Below, in pieces: positions 9,138-10,768 of a stretch of DNA of 10,768 nucleotides. A model generated the notes under the pieces. That model ran no database searches. It worked only from the letters and a program-made list of their open reading frames with translations, and was not told where the DNA came from. Origin of the DNA: a virus (taxonomy: Duplodnaviria > Heunggongvirae > Uroviricota > Caudoviricetes); the IMG/VR virus record IMGVR_UViG_2617270967_000015; one strand, written 5' to 3'. Position numbers and translations under genes: made by a program. Numbering within the stretch: position 1 is the first letter of the stretch; the number at the start of each line of letters is the position of its first letter.

Positions 9138-9551
9138 TGCCACTGCTGGATAAGCTGCGTGAGCAGTACGGGGTCGGACCGGTATGCAGCGAACTGCATA
9201 TTGCCCCGTCAACGTATTACCACTGTCAGCAACAGCGACATCATCCGGATAAACGCAGTGCCCGTGCGCAGCGCGATGACTGGCTGAAGAAAGAGATACA
9301 GCGCGTATACGATGAAAATCACAAGGTATACGGTGTGCGTAAAGTCTGGCGTCAGTTGTTACGGGAAGGTATCAGAGTGGCCAGATGCACTGTGGCACGT
9401 CTCATGGCGGTTATGGGACTTGCCGGTGTTCTCCGGGGTAAAAAGGTCCGTACGACCATCAGCCGGAAAGCCGTTGCCGCAGGCGACCGCGTAAACCGTC
9501 AGTTCGTGGCAGAACGACCAGACCAGCTGTGGGTGGCTGATTTTACTTACG
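9134..9551 (+). pseudogene. IS3-family transposase OrfB, N-terminal ~139 codons, interrupted by a group II intron
   Basis: -1 frame relative to orfA. Sequence up to '...RPDQLWVADFTY' is followed by intron sequence. The track ORF 9134..9616 is read-through into the intron. The DDE catalytic core would lie in the downstream exon outside the window. Confidence 0.8.
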
Positions 9552-10768
9552 GTGTGCCCGGAGTTCAGGGCGGGCATGGATGCTTAAATGAACCGCGAGT
9601 CTGTCTGGAATATTGAACCGGTAACTCACGATGAGAAACCCAACAATCCCACCGGGTGTGACGGTGGAGAACCTGAGCGGCAGTGACCTGCGGCATGCCC
9701 GCAGGGTGATGTAACCCGCTGACAACGGGGATTGAGGCGAGATCACTAAGCCGAGATGATCCTCAAGGTTAAGTACTGAAAGGCTGAAGAACATGAACCC
9801 GTTAATCCGCCTCTGTGGGTTGAAAACGTCACCACGGCCTACGTGATCTGACAGGCCGTGCAGGAGGAACTGGCAGTGATACGTAAGCACTGCCGGTCGA
9901 AGGTGTTTTGACATGTATGCGAAACACCGGGGCAGCAGCGTCTATCACGCTTGCGTTGCTGACTTCTGCCAACTTGCGGCAAGCAAGGATAAAGAGTGCG
10001 ACGGGCAGCCTCCTCAGTATGCCTGAGTCCAGGCAGGTAAACCGGGGAAGGTCAGCGACGGATGTTAAGGGGGCATGGCTCCGATGACGCGCTGGCTGGC
10101 GGAGCTTCCGTAGTAGTCCGCGATGGGGAAAGCCCATTACATGGCGAAGGGAAGCAGTTTGAATGTGTTTGCGACGTGAATTAACTGACCTAACGAGGTG
10201 AAGACCTTTGATAATCAGCGAAATGCAACGCAAGCTTGCCACATGGGCAGCCACCGATCCGTCCCTACGGATTCAACGGCTGCTGCGTCTGATAACACAA
10301 CCAGAATGGCTGGCTGAAGCGGCGCGGATCACGCTTTCATCAAAGGGGGCCCATACCCCCGGCGTTGATGGCGTGAACAAAACAATGCTACAGGCCAGAC
10401 TGGCTGTTGAGCTGCAAATCCTCAGGGATGAATTACTCTCAGGCCACTACCAGCCCTTGCCCGCCAGACGGGTTTACATCCCTAAAAGCAACGGCAAACT
10501 GCGACCACTGGGTATCCCCGCGTTGCGGGATCGTATTGTTCAGCGGGCCATGCTGATGGCGATGGAGCCGATATGGGAGAGTGATTTTCATACGCTCTCA
10601 TATGGCTTCCGGCCTGAGCGCAGTGTCCACCACGCGATCCGCACGGTGAAATTACAGCTCACAGACTGCGGTGAAACCCGGGGACGCTGGGTGATTGAAG
10701 GCGACCTGTCCAGTTACTTCGACACCGTACATCATCGACTGCTGATGAAGGCTGTACGCCGCAGGATC
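9552..10768 (+). mobile_element. Group II intron (partial: 5' end, domains I-III and start of the domain IV ORF); 3' end beyond the window
   Basis: Begins GTGTG (GUGYG consensus) exactly where IS629-like orfB homology stops. Domain-IVa-like motif 'GGGAAAGCCCATTACATGGCGAAGGGAAGCAG' upstream of the RT ORF resembles the maturase-binding site of Ll.LtrB-type introns (from memory). Confidence 0.8.
10208..10768 (+). CDS. Group II intron-encoded reverse transcriptase/maturase, N-terminal part (partial)
   Basis: Frame open from 10202 to the window end. Translation contains RT domain 0/1/2 motifs ('LRIQRLLRL...GAHTPGVDG', 'YIPKSNGKLRPLGIPALRDRIVQRAM', 'SYGFRPERSVHHAI', 'GDLSSYFDTVHH'). Start is either TTG 10208 (GAGGTG 7 nt upstream) or ATG 10223. 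Confidence 0.85.
   Translation, partial: MIISEMQRKLATWAATDPSLRIQRLLRLITQPEWLAEAARITLSSKGAHTPGVDGVNKTMLQARLAVELQILRDELLSGHYQPLPARRVYIPKSNGKLRPLGIPALRDRIVQRAMLMAMEPIWESDFHTLSYGFRPERSVHHAIRTVKLQLTDCGETRGRWVIEGDLSSYFDTVHHRLLMKAVRRRI

Larger units (their letters stand above)
8757..9551 (+). mobile_element. IS3-family insertion sequence, IS629-like, left 795 bp (continues beyond an inserted group II intron)
   Basis: Terminal inverted repeat begins TGAACCGCCCCGGG at 8757. orfA and orfB are in the -1 frameshift arrangement typical of IS3-family elements. The orfA protein matches my recollection of IS629 OrfA. Confidence 0.8.

Overview
This window reads as a degraded lambdoid cryptic prophage of the Escherichia/Shigella type, closely resembling the Qin prophage of E. 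coli K-12. Gene names are assigned by recollection of K-12 orthologues, not by alignment. From left to right: (1) a host MFS transporter gene (ydfJ-like, minus strand) whose 5' end appears cut off at about 1284, probably the prophage/host junction; (2) an AT-rich block with ydfK and an unannotated 37-codon hydrophobic ORF; (3) a Pin-family serine invertase (pinQ) convergent with a tail-fibre assembly gene (tfaQ) and a side-tail-fibre C-terminal remnant; (4) two deletion scars that join the stf remnant to a lambda-J-like fragment and then to a terminase small subunit gene (Nu1 homologue, nohQ); (5) an apparently intact lambda-type cos site; (6) a moron block (ynfO, ydfO, gnsB, ynfN, cspI); (7) a lysis cassette (SAR endolysin rrrQ, spanins rzpQ with embedded rzoQ) whose upstream side is cut by (8) an IS3-family IS629-like element, which is itself interrupted in orfB by (9) a group II intron whose reverse transcriptase/maturase ORF runs off the window end. 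No rRNA, tRNA or CRISPR array was seen. I found no convincing evidence of a novel multi-gene system; the most unusual structure is the nested intron-in-IS-in-prophage arrangement, and the best candidates for uncharacterised biology are the small hydrophobic ORF and the ynfO/ydfO pair.
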